Shown one piece after another: positions 38,231 to 51,660 of a stretch of DNA of 64,000 nt (positions are counted from its first letter, which is position 1; every line of letters begins with the position of its first letter). The notes under the pieces are model-generated. The model was not told the origin of the DNA. It did not search any database and saw nothing but the letters and a program-made list of their open reading frames with translations. Both the position numbers and the translations under genes were made by a program. The stretch covers positions 434,001 to 498,000 of the forward strand of contig NW_026781977.1 of NCBI RefSeq assembly GCF_031769215.1, in the 5' to 3' direction. Source of the stretch: Ylistrum balloti (lineage: Eukaryota).

Positions 38231-40744
38231 ATGTCATTAGTGACGCTAGGGCGAGGAAAGAAAAGTTTAGATTCCAAATTTAGTCGCCCCTTACAGTCAT
38301 GCATTTGGGATAGCGCTACGTGTCCCGACATACATACAAGAGTCTTCAAAATTGTAGTCACTACTGATTGCTATACATACATCATACAGGAAGGAAATAA
38401 AAATTCCGTTGTCCCATAAACAGACGGAAAAAACGCCCTCGATCTGCATGTTACGAGATACAGTGAAATTTTGACGTATCTTCTCCTTCACCTGCACAGG
38501 GTTTTTCTTATTCGTGTAAAAATAATATAAAATAGAGCAATTTAACATGCTATGGATATTTTGTTTCCTTCCAATTAAGACGATTTTGTTACAATATTTC
38601 TTTTGAATCACCTTGTATGTGACGCATTAACTTAAACGAACGAGCAAAGATTAGTTTCTTTTTAAATCTGAAATGACGTGTGTTAAATTTAATGTTCTTT
38701 TCTATTTGCAAAAACATCAATATAAACACTGAATGAGATTTCAAATTTGTTTTCAAATTTGTTTTTGATTGTCATGATAGATATCAATATAAACACCCAG
38801 GTTTGTGTTTGTGCCAGGATTTACATAAATCGCTTTTGTAAAAGTAGATCAATTTTTATCAAACGTTTATTTCATATTGTTTTTAGCATCAGTAGAGTAC
38901 AGCGGACGTGCCTACGTCTGTCGGTAATCCGTACATTAAAAAGAAATAATTATTCAATGGTAAAGCGAACGACAATGCACATGAAAAAAGCAATATAACC
39001 AATATTTCTTAAACATAAATAATATTTCTAGGAGGAACAAGGCCAAATAAAGGCCATGTTGAGATAACGATGAAATGTCTTGAATGTCAAATGGTGTTAT
39101 CTATTGTAAGTAAATCGTACCCAACTAGAATATAATTGTACGCCACATCAATATTTCATACGTTTCGCTTAATATAAAGTTTGAATGGAACCATTAAGTC
39201 CAATGCTACATCCAATTCTCATTCAGCTGTAATGTATTTGTTGAAGAATTCTAACTACGCTCGTTTGTTCGTGGCCTTTTCACTAGAGAGTCGATCAACT
39301 ATAAATCGGTATGTATATTCAGAACATAAATAAAATGTAGGATTTACTTTGGATACAATAGAAAGACATTTGTTCCTTAGGACCGTAAGGAATAAACTAG
39401 ACATGGGGTGTCCATGTTATTCAATATACATTCTTCAAGCCTGCCATGTAGGACACCTGTAGGTAAAACTAACTGTCTATAAAGGCCACTGGATCCAGGT
39501 TCTGATGTATTCATAGTATTTAAAGCTCTGCACAAACGCAACCTGCCTATAAACGCCACTGTTTTACTCCCTTAAGTGACCTTTGTCAGCAGGTTTGACT
39601 TTGCTTTGAAGTAAAGGAATACATACTTAATTGATTAATGTCGAATGTCGTTTCGTTTCGGATCGACAAGAGTAATTAGAAGTTACGCGTTAACGCGTGA
39701 AATATTCAGTATCGAACACAAAATAATGACACGTTCGCGGACTTTAAGGGGCAAATACTGACTTTAAGATGCACTTCTATGGCAGATAACAAAAATTAAT
39801 CTAGTGCATTTAAAACAACATGCATTGTACCACAAAATAAAAGAAAGGATATAGCATGATGAGTGAAAACTTCGCCTTTCGAAACACTTTTCCGTTATTT
39901 ATCAAATTGTACAAATCTTAGTATTTGGCCGGAGAAAAACCAAAGCCTTGCAAATACTTATATCCTGAAATATTTGAAACCATAGCAATTACAAAACTAG
40001 CGTGTTTATTAAGATTGCCTGTGATATCAACAACAGTGAGTCTATGTTGTCCTCGGGGGTGAGACCGATCAATGAGATAGAGAGGATGGCGTGCTACACC
40101 AATTAACTACATGTCACACGAATTGTTGGTTTTACGACAAGATATCTAGCGTCATTGTTCATTACACTCTACATGATTTTAATGTAGCAAAAAACACCCA
40201 TATTAATGAACAGCATGACGGTAATAGTTAGGTTAAACAGGTATTTGTAAAATAACACACAATTAGAGTACGGTATTATGATAGTATGGTCAAATAAAGC
40301 CTTTCTGTTTGTCTGTCTGTAATACTCCCTTAAAGTTAAAGAAACGTTCCAATTGAACTGTAAATCATTGTATCTATATTTCAACATTAATTACATCAAA
40401 ATATTCGTAAATGGTAACATATGCTGACACGCGTTTATCAACGCAAAACTCTAAATTATATAAAATTAAAATTTGAGGCAGTGTGCATTGTTTGGTTTCA
40501 AATGTGTTTCGTTTTTCATATTTTGAATGGCCCGAGTAAATCAAAATTTCTTTAAAACTAAATAACAACATTGAAAAAACAGGGCAAATCACTTTTGGGC
40601 GGTACGAACGGCACAAATATCTCAAAATATAAATAAAATGATATGTATCAATGCAAATTCAGAAACAGACAAAATTAAGCGAGAGAAAATACCAACATGT
40701 CAACATAATTATAATCCGAACGCAAATACTATAAAACTACAGCA

Positions 40745-40835
40745 ACATATGAACTCGAGGAATCATCAAAAGGTACAAGGAGAATAAACCCAGGTAATCC
40801 TGAAGAGTCTGCGTCATCTGCTTTCTTATTATTTT
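40745..40835 (-). mobile_element. PLE 3'-tail copy (degenerate)
   Basis: gtacaaggagaataaacccaggtaatcctgaagagtctgcgtcatctgcttt. Confidence 0.5.
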
Positions 40836-43599
40836 CATTAAACAGCTATTGTCCTTGAATGACATTGATCCGACAGATATGACTTATTTGATCGCGGCTT
40901 AATTAAACCTGAACTTTTCAAAACAACGAGATATATTACAATTGGAACGTTTATTAAGTTTTGAGAGAAAGTTTCAAACAGCCAAACAGAAAAGGCTTTA
41001 TAAATGTTATCTCATCATAGTTTTAACACTCGATTTCTCTGGATTAACAACGTTACTGGCGAACCTGTTACATGCACCCGTGTTAATTACCTTTTATCCT
41101 GAGTTACTCGTTTGTTTCTCAACATAACAATTGATATTCATAATTAAACTGTAATCGGCCAGATTGATTGTCTCACTGATGACTTAATGGATTTTCACAC
41201 ACACAACATAAAAATTTCACATCTCCTTTAAAGCTTTATGATCTTAGTAGTCACATCTTAGCTGACAGAGAAACACAGTTATGCTGTCCTGGATTCAGTC
41301 GCTACTCATTTAATTACAGACTTGTGTTGAAAAATACACCTTTGAGATTGTAAGTAGTAGACAATGCTGGTGGACTACAGCCCCTAGATTACTGAAGTGT
41401 GCATGTCATGATATAGTTCATCTATGTTCTTTTGAAACAACCAAACTTTGAAAATAATTAATTTTATTTGATATTTGCGTTTGTCAAGCTCATCATCTAG
41501 TTATTAGCAATGTAAGCATTTGACATTGCTGAAAAGTCACAGAAGGAGGCAACAATTCAATATTGAAAATTATTATTTTTATTTAATATTTGGATTAGCC
41601 AAGCTCATCTGGTTTTTAGGATTTTTCTTAAACAGTCAAGAATATCATACAATATTGAATATACTATATTTACTGTTTGATACTAGATTTTGTTAACCCT
41701 AAGTTAAGGGTGTAAAGTGACACTAGTGAGGGTGGTAGAAGGCGTGGAATATGCCGTAATGAAACCTATCGACGTTAACTCGCTGTACACAACACTTTTA
41801 TTGTATATCTAAAATTGAAATAATTGACGATAAGAACAGTTCCGGGTCATCTTGGTGTTTTGAACAGTCTTGTTTCGACGTATAGGTCAAGTCGATAAGA
41901 ATAATCTCTTAGTAATATACTGCACTGATTACATCCAAATATAAATACTACAAGATATCACACAGCTGTCAAATAAGGTTGTAGCGGCTTAAAGGGCTAA
42001 CGCTAAACGAGCCACGCCCACTTACGGGACCGATTGTTACAAGGTTTCGCAAAGATAAACGAAAATATAACCTAAAGCTGTATGGATTGAAATGAGATCT
42101 GTTCTGGTAGAAAAGATCAATATATCAACACGAGAGAACAAACATGGTTATGTTTGATGAGGTACAAGATGAGTATAACATCGCCATACGTTTGTCGTCC
42201 ACTTAATAAATATCACAATCTCACAAACCAGGTTACAGAGAAGGAAACCGACTGACATTCCAACGATCAGCGAACACAGCAACTATCACATCGCATACGG
42301 AAGTATCATGTTTCTAAATGTTATTTAGCTATTATCAACATGCATCTGTCCAATTCTGTGATATAAGTTTTTTATCGTCAGCTGTTGATATATATGATAA
42401 GGATCGTGATATCAGGCGCGAATTATAGAATATCGCATCAATTTCCACATAACAGGTGAGGTGTGGTAGGAAAATCATGACAGAGAATTGATAAAGTTGC
42501 GTTTTAACTACCAGGTTAACCAGCACAGTGTTAATTGTAAGGATGATATATATAGAATATAACACGAAGAGGTGTTCACTTGCTGCATACCTCAATCGTA
42601 AATAAATGAAAACTTTTGCAAATTGATTTAAGAACCGTGAATCGACTAAGAATTACTTGAAAATAAGATTTCGTTCATCGTTACCGTGACTAGAGGGAAC
42701 CTGTTAATGCCATCTAAAGGATGCCAAGAGTATTGGAGAAAGCATGAAATCACGGCCATAGTCAGTATATTTCCCCTACTTACTCGAATTTTCATGTTTC
42801 TCAGAAACAGTATATTATACAGAGATAATCCTTATAAAGGGACTGATGCTAATGTATGATATCGGTGATAATGTAATAAATCTAAGACTTTTGTAAACAT
42901 TTCAGCTAGCAAACAAGTCTCTGTTATATAAGAGAAACACATAATACAATAACATAATACACAGAGGAAAACTTTGCCGGAATTTTTTGCACACTCATAA
43001 AACTTTAGCTTCCTGAATAAATGCACTCCAATGTTCTTAAAGGCTCGCAAAATGTTTTTACAAACGCTGAAGATTTAGAGTTATCATCCGAGAAAATTGT
43101 TATCGTCAAAGCTGAGTCTAAAGGGAAACGTTTTGTACAGGCTGCAGGGAGCTTCATACTCACATAAATACGTGTTTTTTGGCAAAATGCAATCGTGTGA
43201 AATGCTGGATTATTGTGCTACATTGTTGTATTCAATGAATTGTAGACTAGAACCAGACAGGCGTCAGTAATGTCTAACACGGTAAAACACCTTGACTAGA
43301 TGAAGACTTCTTTAACATTCCTATGCAACTAGGAACTATGTTCTTAAACACCGAGGCCAAGACGACTATTCAGAAAGTGTTCACTATTGGGAATTATGTA
43401 ATGGGGAAAAAACAGAAATATGTCTATAAGGTTTTTAAATATCGCTGATAATCTCCATAGGGACCAACTGCGCTAAATAAATGATGTTAACGTGAGAAAT
43501 TACCAGACTAAAGTTACCAAAGACAGCAATGATGAAGAGAAACTGGTATACAAGTTAATGAGTTTTGTCTTAGAGGTAGATAATGTAGTTTTCACTTAC

Positions 43600-43664
43600 C
43601 TGTGTTGACCCCATGCCAAAGGTACTGCAGCTAACACCACAACGAAGCTAGCTAGTTGTGTCAT
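43600..43664 (-). CDS. Neuropeptide precursor, coding exon 1 (signal peptide MTQLASFVVVLAAVPLAWG-QH)
   Basis: ATG at 43664, then 21 codons plus AG, followed by a perfect gtaagt donor (43599-43594). Hydrophobic core with an A-W-G cleavage motif. The phase-2 donor matches the phase-2 acceptor at 5338 (AG+T = Ser). TATA/Inr elements lie just upstream. Confidence 0.85.
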
Positions 43665-43705
43665 TCTGAATCAAATGTCACTTGCCAACTCGAAAGTTCC
43701 ACAAT

Positions 43706-43844
43706 ACTGGATAATAGGATCAGCTCCTTAATATACCCGCTCAATCCCTGTCAGCATCTTTTGTCAATCAAAGTAACCTAGAAGCACGTGACCATAGAAG
43801 CCACGCCTCTCGGGAAATATGACTGACCGGTCTTCTGTGGGCGG
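43706..43844 (-). promoter_or_regulatory. Candidate core/proximal promoter of the neuropeptide gene
   Basis: Minus strand: TATATTAA at 43735-43728 and an Inr-like CCAGT with its A at 43708, 27 nt downstream. Also TGACAG (43753-43748), TGATTGACA (43770-43762), E-box CACGTG (43785-43790) and GC box GGGCGG (43839-43844, + strand). Confidence 0.6.
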
Positions 43845-44289
43845 ATTCTGTACACTGCCTTGTAAGTAAGTGCTGCGTTAGGATTAATGATTGCAAGTGC
43901 TGGTTAATGATCGACTTGGAAATCCTACATAATTCTCTGGCATATCACAACAACGTTAATCCAAAGATTGGTGACTGATATTCTTTAAATATGTAATGAA
44001 GAGTAACTATATACTAAAACAAAAAACGAAATCGTCGTGGAAATTACGCATTAATTGCATTGGATTTCAGTTTGCCTATAAACGTTGATAAAAACACAAT
44101 ACATTTCATGGAAATTCGAAACAATAATCTGCCGATAAAAAAAAAACGGGGAAAAAACCTTTTTTCCGATGGTTATTTATTTCAGTCTATAATAAGGCTG
44201 TTGATTTGATTATGGTCATGTATATTGGGCTAAAACTGTTGTACTGTTTAACCGAAACATACGCAGCTCTGTCATACTAGTTTACTAGA

Positions 44290-44520
44290 GGGGAGTTTAG
44301 CTCAGTTGGTTACAACGTTAGTCTACGTAACCTCGTGTAAAGATGTTTGTTGCGCGGTCCGATGCTCCATTCACGTGACGGTTTGGGTTTCTCATGAGAT
44401 AGACTATCGAACACGTCCGTCCTTACCTGGTTGTGACACTTTGCCCTAATTACTCGAACTGCGTGCGACGGGCCTGCCGTGTTTTGTTCATTGAGGTTAT
44501 TTCCAGAACGATAAAACCAG
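44290..44520 (+). mobile_element. tRNA-derived SINE head (tRNA pseudogene-like) with a Deu-like body
   Basis: A box TAGCTCAGTTGG (44298-44309), degenerate B box ggtccgatgctcc, and later gtcctt...gacactttgccctaattactc. It does not form a complete cloverleaf. Confidence 0.55.
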
Positions 44521-45489
44521 CAAACAAATACTCTTAACATGAGAGGGGACAGACAATAGGATTAAACAACTGGAATTTCCATCCTAACCTTGAACTCTAG
44601 ACAGACACCACCAATTCACAAGTCACTTACAACCCTATAATTATATTTTCGTATAACAAGTTACCTATGAAATACATAAGCACTTAACAAGCATATTCCC
44701 ACAGTTCCAGTACATTTACAATATTCAAATATAACCATATTGAATTTTAATGAAATAAAGTCTTTTCAAGTCTTAGTTTTCCTCTGACTGATTTAAAATT
44801 ATAAAAAAAGTATAATTATAAACGTATAATTCCAGACCTATCAACTTTCGATGTTACAATGAATATGTCCTTGTAATGTCACATTAGAAACAATGGTGAC
44901 TGAGTGTCAAAGTCCCACATGGTGACTACTGCAGGTAATGAAAGACTATCAACACAATAAGATCGTTGTCGGCTGCAAGAGACGCTTACTTAAAGAGCAT
45001 TTGGAATTGATATTATTCCCAACAGCAATATTGAAATGAAATATCTTCCAGTTAATGATACTGATTTCGTGGTGGGTGTGATATGTTTTCGTAAATGAGT
45101 CATTCACCCGTGCGCGTGACGTTTTATAGGGATCATCAAGTATAGCTTAAGTGCATATAAGTCATGTCTTGAGGATATGACTTATTTTCGTCCTCATTGT
45201 GGTAAACGCTGGAACTCAAATCCCAACCTTCGGCAATATCAAGGACGCCTTCAGGAAGAAACGAAAGGAAGAGACGGTAGACAGACAAAAGGAAGTTTAA
45301 CACACTCGTATGAGGAATAATTATATTGCCACACCTTTAGGAATGTATAGAATGGGTGCTGCAACCCTATCAAGAATGTAGTAGTAGGACAGATAACGGT
45401 AAAAATCCGATTGTCTGATGTCTAGAATCCTGTAAAAGTCTTTTCTAAAAAGGTCCAATTGGCCTTGTAAAGCTAGTTGCTCTAATAGT

Positions 45490-45790
45490 TTAGCATCGAT
45501 CGGTATGTTGTCGACATAGAAGCCAAGATAATACTACTGCAAATGCCTGGAGAGAACTTGTTGGCTTCGAACAATTTTGCAGACGTAATTTAACCAGGGG
45601 TGGTGTTAAAGAATAGCAAGGATTCGGAATGGCTAAGGTGCGATTAAAACCGGTATGGGTACACCAGTCTGCGGACAAGGCCAGTTTAGGAAATGTTAGT
45701 AACAAGTCATGGTGTGAATTCTGATGATTTACTCTACATAGAGTGAATGATGTCAGTATACAGCGTTTTCAGCAGATTTAGATCTAATTC
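45490..45790 (+). mobile_element. Possible Gypsy-type aspartic protease remnant
   Basis: VVDIEAKIILL followed by HQSADKASLG..NKSWC weakly resembles the retropepsin layout; the D-T/S-G motif is not intact. Confidence 0.2.
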
Positions 45791-48763
45791 AGGAATATAT
45801 TTGAAACTGGACAGAATCACCATATGTTATATAGTAATATATTGTAAGATTTAACCCTAGGGTTATATGTGTGTATAATGGAGCAAGGTGGTGGAATGAA
45901 ACAAAGCCAGAAATGAGTGTTGAAAACGACTGATGTGATCGGTCTGCGTGAACACCCGGTTAATAGAAAACTAGAGTTCCAGATGTGTTCAACATTTTTT
46001 TTTTATAGAAAAAATGATATTAAGTCATAACCTCTCAAGAGATTGGTCTAATTTATCAAATGTTTTATACTGAAGAAAACATACAACTTACACAGAATCA
46101 ATCAGCTTCCAAAGAGACAGCGTAATCTGTTTAAACCATGAAAAAGTAATTCTAAAATGTTCAGATAAAACAATCTATTGATGACGAGTAGGAATAATAA
46201 GTGACTGTTATAAGTAAATAAACATTACCTTAAAGGTTATATGTATTGTTCTAAATAATTGTTGTACAACTGCGTTTTCTGTAGTGTAAACAGAGAGACG
46301 AAGCTGGCTAAGGGAACAACATAATCCTTTATATAGATAAATATGGTTTTTTTTACCTCCTCAAGCTCCTCAAGATTTTTACTAATTGAATAAGACATCG
46401 CTGCAAATAAGAAATTAGATCCATATAACATACTAATTTAATATATAACATTATATATATTACGTATGTATGTAAAAATCCGACACAAGAAACTAAATAG
46501 AACAAGAAATCAATACTCCTGATGCATTGTGGTAAGACATTACAAAACCCCACGTGTACAATTATCAACATCTCAGTTAATTACGCTTGACAACCCGGAA
46601 GGGATCCAAATGTCTCAAGCTAGCAGAATAGTACTAGAGAGCCCCGTGTGTCTACATTTAAGTGAAACACAAAGAGATTGTGTCATTGTGCTCTGAAGTT
46701 CCAAAGGTATGCCACTCTTTACCAATACACACTGGGGACAGCAGGTACATATCTATCTATATATCTACCTACAAGAGTACAAGTTGCTGGTTTGAAAAAC
46801 CCAGGAAATTCTTAACTCAAATTCAATAAAACTAGTACAAAAAAATGAAGAAAAAAAAAAAAAAAAAAAAAACACTGATCTACAAGAGAATCAAACACCT
46901 CCAACTGCATATCTCAATAAAAGAAAAATGATAATATTCAGTACATTTAAATGAGATCTGTTTTTCTGTATTTTTTTGTATAGTCAGTACTCTATTTCGC
47001 GTATTCCTTTTGCGGACAAAGTAGTCATACACGTGCCTACCTTTTTAGGCGGCTGTCTATCACAAGCAGACGACTTAAGATATATCGAAGCCAATTTCTC
47101 ACACAAGCGTAGACATACGTCGCATTAGGTGCTGGGTAAAAAGACATACTGATCGGGATGCGGCCATGGTGTGTATTACGGAAGGCAATTGTATGCAGTT
47201 AACAGTGTTCATTGTGTCACCAAGTAAAAAACGTTAAAGTAGGAGCATTATTTTTTTTCTTCCGAGGCATCTGTGAGACGTAAAATTGAATTAGTTTGAT
47301 TAGGTTTCAATATCGTTTATTGTCTTCTCATCTTCTATGTTCATTTAAGGACGGACTCCTTAGGAATATGGATGAGTGCATAAGTTACCATGTTTTGAGG
47401 AGGTTGCGATATATCGGTTGTCTGCCTCCTCAACTTTAGTGTTATCACATTGAAGTATCCAGCAGTACACTCGCCACGGTCATATTATAGAGAACCTTAC
47501 ATTACCACAATGTTGATAGTATTAATGGTTTTATGTCGCTCAACGTTCCAATAAAAGTTATATCGTCATTTAAGGATGACCCCTGTGTATGCGATGTATG
47601 TGCATGTGTTGCGTGCGCGTTTTCGAGAGCCGTGATATCTTCGTGTAAAGTGTGGTACTTTTTTTTTTACAGTTTTACCTCACATGAAGTACACCGCCAA
47701 AGCAATGCAACCCCACCTGTTACATTACACTGTAAAAGGGCAAACCAGTCGTTATGTTACCACGATGCTGAATCAATTGGCATTGGTTTTATATCGATTA
47801 TACTACTCTCAACTGTTACAGGGGTCACTGAAGGACGGCCACACTCTCTACGGGAGGTGAGTGGATTATCATTAATATGAAAATTACGAAATGTTGAAAT
47901 AATGGACATGTGCACATCCCCTTCTATATTTTTACCTTTTTTCGAGTAGTTTTGATTTTTTTGAAATCTTAAAATCACTGACTAGCTCTAGAAGAACGAA
48001 ACAGCTGTAAGATAAGTTAAATTCAATAAATGTGTGTATAGGGGTACGATTTTCAGCACGTGACAATTACAATCTCATTTAGGACATTAAAATGGCAACG
48101 ACGCACCTGTCAGCTCCCACTGTCGATGACAAATAATTCATTTAAGTTAGAACCAACATATTATCGGCATAATCCATCAGTATCGGTAAGTATAAGAATA
48201 GATCTTCCGTGTTACGGCATTTTAATGTATATATAACATATGTATTCTCGTCACAACTATTCAGTACGCTGAAATGTTAACGTAAATTCCATCGACCTCT
48301 GAAAAACGTTTAAAACGGATTTATAAGTAATGAATGGCGTTTGGCATTATAGGAGAAGAAAAGCCGTCTTGCTTTAAAAGTTTCCATCACCGAAAATCTA
48401 CGTTTTCTGCAGTACTTGGGAGATGGGTAGTGATTAATTTCTTATAGAAAAAGTCGAGCCTTTCCTTAAGATGCACGGGTATTTCGGTTCGCTTATAAGT
48501 ACACGGCACCTTAGAAAGATCCCCAAAGTTTGTCGTCGCTAAATCAACGTTAATTCTAAATAAAGAGTCACAATATTACCATTGCCTGGAAGTGCCTCTG
48601 CCCAAATGTAAGTAAGGTGGTTGGAAGAAGGTTCTGTAAGTCCACAACTACTTTATTTTCTGCAATAGCATCGGTTTTTGTTCCAAAGAAATGTGAAAAT
48701 CTCTGAGTTGTTACCAGCTTAACAACGCTTAACACATTTGTATAGACCATTTGCCTGACAAAA

Positions 48764-49017
48764 GGGCCGCGCTGGAAAAGTGATTAAGGCGTCTGACTGT
48801 CTTTATCACAAGTTACCCCTTTGTCGAGAGTCTGAGGTTTACGTGGGCAGACGCCAAGTACTGGTCACAGGTTGGTGGTTTTTTGTTGTTTTTTCCCCGG
48901 GAACTCCGACTTTCCTCCAACATCCAAACTTGACGCGTCTAAGGCGTAAAAAAACAAAACAAAATAAAACAACCAAAAAAACAAACAAAAAAAAAAACGA
49001 AAAGCAAACAAACAAAA
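48764..49017 (+). mobile_element. tRNA-headed SINE with a V/Meta-type central domain and A-rich tail
   Basis: tRNA-like head (gggccgcgctgg..agtgattaaggcgtctgac), central ggtggtttt..tccccgggaactccgactttcctcca, and an (aaaac)n tail. A second copy is at 58984. Confidence 0.75.
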
Positions 49018-51283
49018 TATTTGCCACAGAGTGTTTATTTTTCTTCCATTGGTAATTGGTCTAATTTTCTTATGTTAAGACATAGACAAGCAAGAAAATA
49101 ACGCATTCAAACAAGACGTAACTGACACCTACACTATAGAAAATCAATAAAACTACATCATGCAGCTCCTGTGTAATATGTTTTAGCCACAATTAAGAGA
49201 CTTGTCATGTCTGCTTTATGAGTTGCGTGCAGTACCGAAACATTTTATCAACCAACCATTTACCTGAAAATATGCTTCAAATTATCAAACTACCTTTGAC
49301 CCCTTGACGATGTACATTCATGATAAAGAAATACTAGTTCATATTGTTAGTGATTTCATGGTAAGATATGCATCTGAAAAAATCGACTGTCCCCTAATTT
49401 CATGATTTACCAGGACGGAGACGACTTAATCTCTCAACTCTCAATAGCAAATTAGAATTAAGGACCATCGACAGAACACATTCCAGTGACGCCTCAATCA
49501 TCATTGATTTTCCCATTAGTACTGAGCTAATGTCCAGGTGCTCCCCTCAACCGTGTTCTTCCTGTGACCACTATATTCAGATATGCCTCATTATTGCATC
49601 AGCTGCAATGCTGTCAGCTAACTGCCTCTTATTTCTCGTCAATGAGTTTGGTACATCTCGGATTATCAGTTCAAATAATCTTTATGGCCTGACCTCTATA
49701 TATTCAGCATTAACTTACGGTCAGTTTTGTATACAAAACAACGTTACTTGTGACTAATTATACATATATACAACTGACCTATATTTTGGGCCAACCTCTT
49801 AAGTTATATATAATAATTAATACAGCAAAATAGGTCACATTTTAAATGGAACGTGTTAATACTAATTTTTACTGTAAGGAGCAACCATGTATAAGTTCTG
49901 TCTGAAAACCGTAGTTCTCAACAGAAAATCGTTCTTAAATGAAATATACATGATTCTTATTCGGTAGCTCATCTGGAATCACACGTTCGAACGACAATAG
50001 TACATATCTGTCGCCACGCCCTGCCAAGCATTGTGCGCCTGTTTTCAGGAATTTTAATACTCAAAGTCGTTGGGGTAGGATGTCATTATCATGTTTCGCA
50101 CGCTATCCTTCTATACATGGACGCTCATCAAGAGCAACAATTGTGACATTAATTTACAGCTCGAGTCAAAGACAGATAATTTCACACCCATTTAATGTAT
50201 CACTTGTGATTTAAGTCAAGAATTCGAATACGGATGTGTGATATATTATAGTGCAAAGCAAGAGATATTTGTGAACATGTTTTTCTCTTGAAAAAAACCC
50301 GTAGATCTCAAATTATTCTGAATGGAAAGTACTATTACTCTAAATAGAAATAAAATTGGTCAGCAAATATGTTTTGGATTTTCCAAATCCAAATTCTTGG
50401 CACTGTATAGTCCAAAATGGCCTTTCTGTATTTTATCATCTTGATACAGTTAAATCGGTATTGCTTAATAAACACGTGTCAATATCAACAAGAAAATACC
50501 GACATGTCATCAAAATATTGATTCAAAGTCAGATTCAGTGAATCGAGAACAAAATCTGATAAAATAAAAAAAAATTACAAGAATAAGAACACAAGGTGTA
50601 ATATTTCATTTGTATACATCGAAACATATTGAGCAATATTAACAACATGCTTACTACTGTTGTCCCCAACAACCATGACATTGCTGAAACATTTCTGGAG
50701 AGTGTGATATTTACGTTCTACGTAATGATCAGGGTTTGTGACCATTATGCTTTCCTTTTCTTTACAGCTATATTCCTGTTTTCGCTAAGATACAATAAAT
50801 AGGATCGAAGTATTAGCTACACATTTCTCAAATGGAATATCAATAACGCCTTCATGCTCTTGTTTTCAAAGTTTGATTTCTTAAAAACGTTGAACGACGA
50901 TAATCGTATCCATATTAAGAAAAAAAAACATACAGCACGGAAGTCTACTTGACTTGTCCACAGTCTCCGTTAAGATATTCCCAAACTCTTTCATTGCATT
51001 TTCTGCGCTCAGTATTTGCAGTCTCTAACGGGATTAGAGGAAAACCAAGAAGTTAGTAACACCCAAGAAAATAAAGGCTCACGAAAATAAAATCCACAAT
51101 CATGCTTATCGCTTAGTGAATAGTTTTTTTTATTTCATTTTTTTCAAACTGTAAGCAAAGGTTATAATTTTAATATACTTCCTCTGCAATTTTACAATTT
51201 GGCTCATATTTCAACCTTCAAAAATCTAACGCATTTAAGAAACAACAAGTAAATGCCAACAAATGAATATAGTCGTAATCTCG

Positions 51284-51660
51284 AAAACTGAAATTCAATA
51301 GAACTAGGACAAAGTCTGAACAAAAGAAAGATTTACACGGAGACTCATGAAACAAAACAAGAAGAATAAGACCAGGTGTTCAGGAAGAGTAAGCATCTTC
51401 TGTTTCAACGACGACACCCGTCATGAAAATTTTGGTCAATCAAAGTAAGTTATGGCACTTTCTCAAATGAGAACAAGGTGTATAACAACGGCACCAACAT
51501 GCAAACTAACAAGCAACAAACAAGTCCAGCATTATATCGTACAAATAAATTGAACATTTCTCAATAATATCACTATGACGACCGTTAGACTTCTCAATAA
51601 TTTTCATCAACTAGCATCTTTTGAAATCCTGTGTTACGAATTTGTACTTCTATTGACGAA
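51284..51660 (-). mobile_element. PLE 3' fragment (thumb end plus tail)
   Basis: The minus strand reads KFVTQDF...LMKIIEKSNGRHSDIIEK, then the tail motif and end motif matching 34090-34422. Confidence 0.8.

Larger units (their letters stand above)
5338..43599 (-). other. Predicted ~38.3-kb phase-2 GT-AG intron of the neuropeptide gene (contains the N gap)
   Basis: Donor gtaagt and acceptor ttcag join the exons in frame. Extra small internal exons cannot be excluded without cDNA. Confidence 0.75.

Noticed and set aside
26985-45865. Perfect 14-bp palindromes at 26985, 39685 and 45852
   Set aside because: A rough estimate gives several 14-bp palindromes by chance in 64 kb at this composition.
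47533-47880. 115-aa ORF and the other 60-130 aa ORFs in the track
   Set aside because: No recognisable domains or exon context; lengths and composition fit chance ORFs in AT-rich DNA.
51370-51430. SECIS element in the PLE tail (some Naiad PLEs are reported to encode selenoproteins)
   Set aside because: AUGA..AAA..UGA spacing is present on the minus strand, but I cannot build the helix around the GA quartet. SECISearch would decide.
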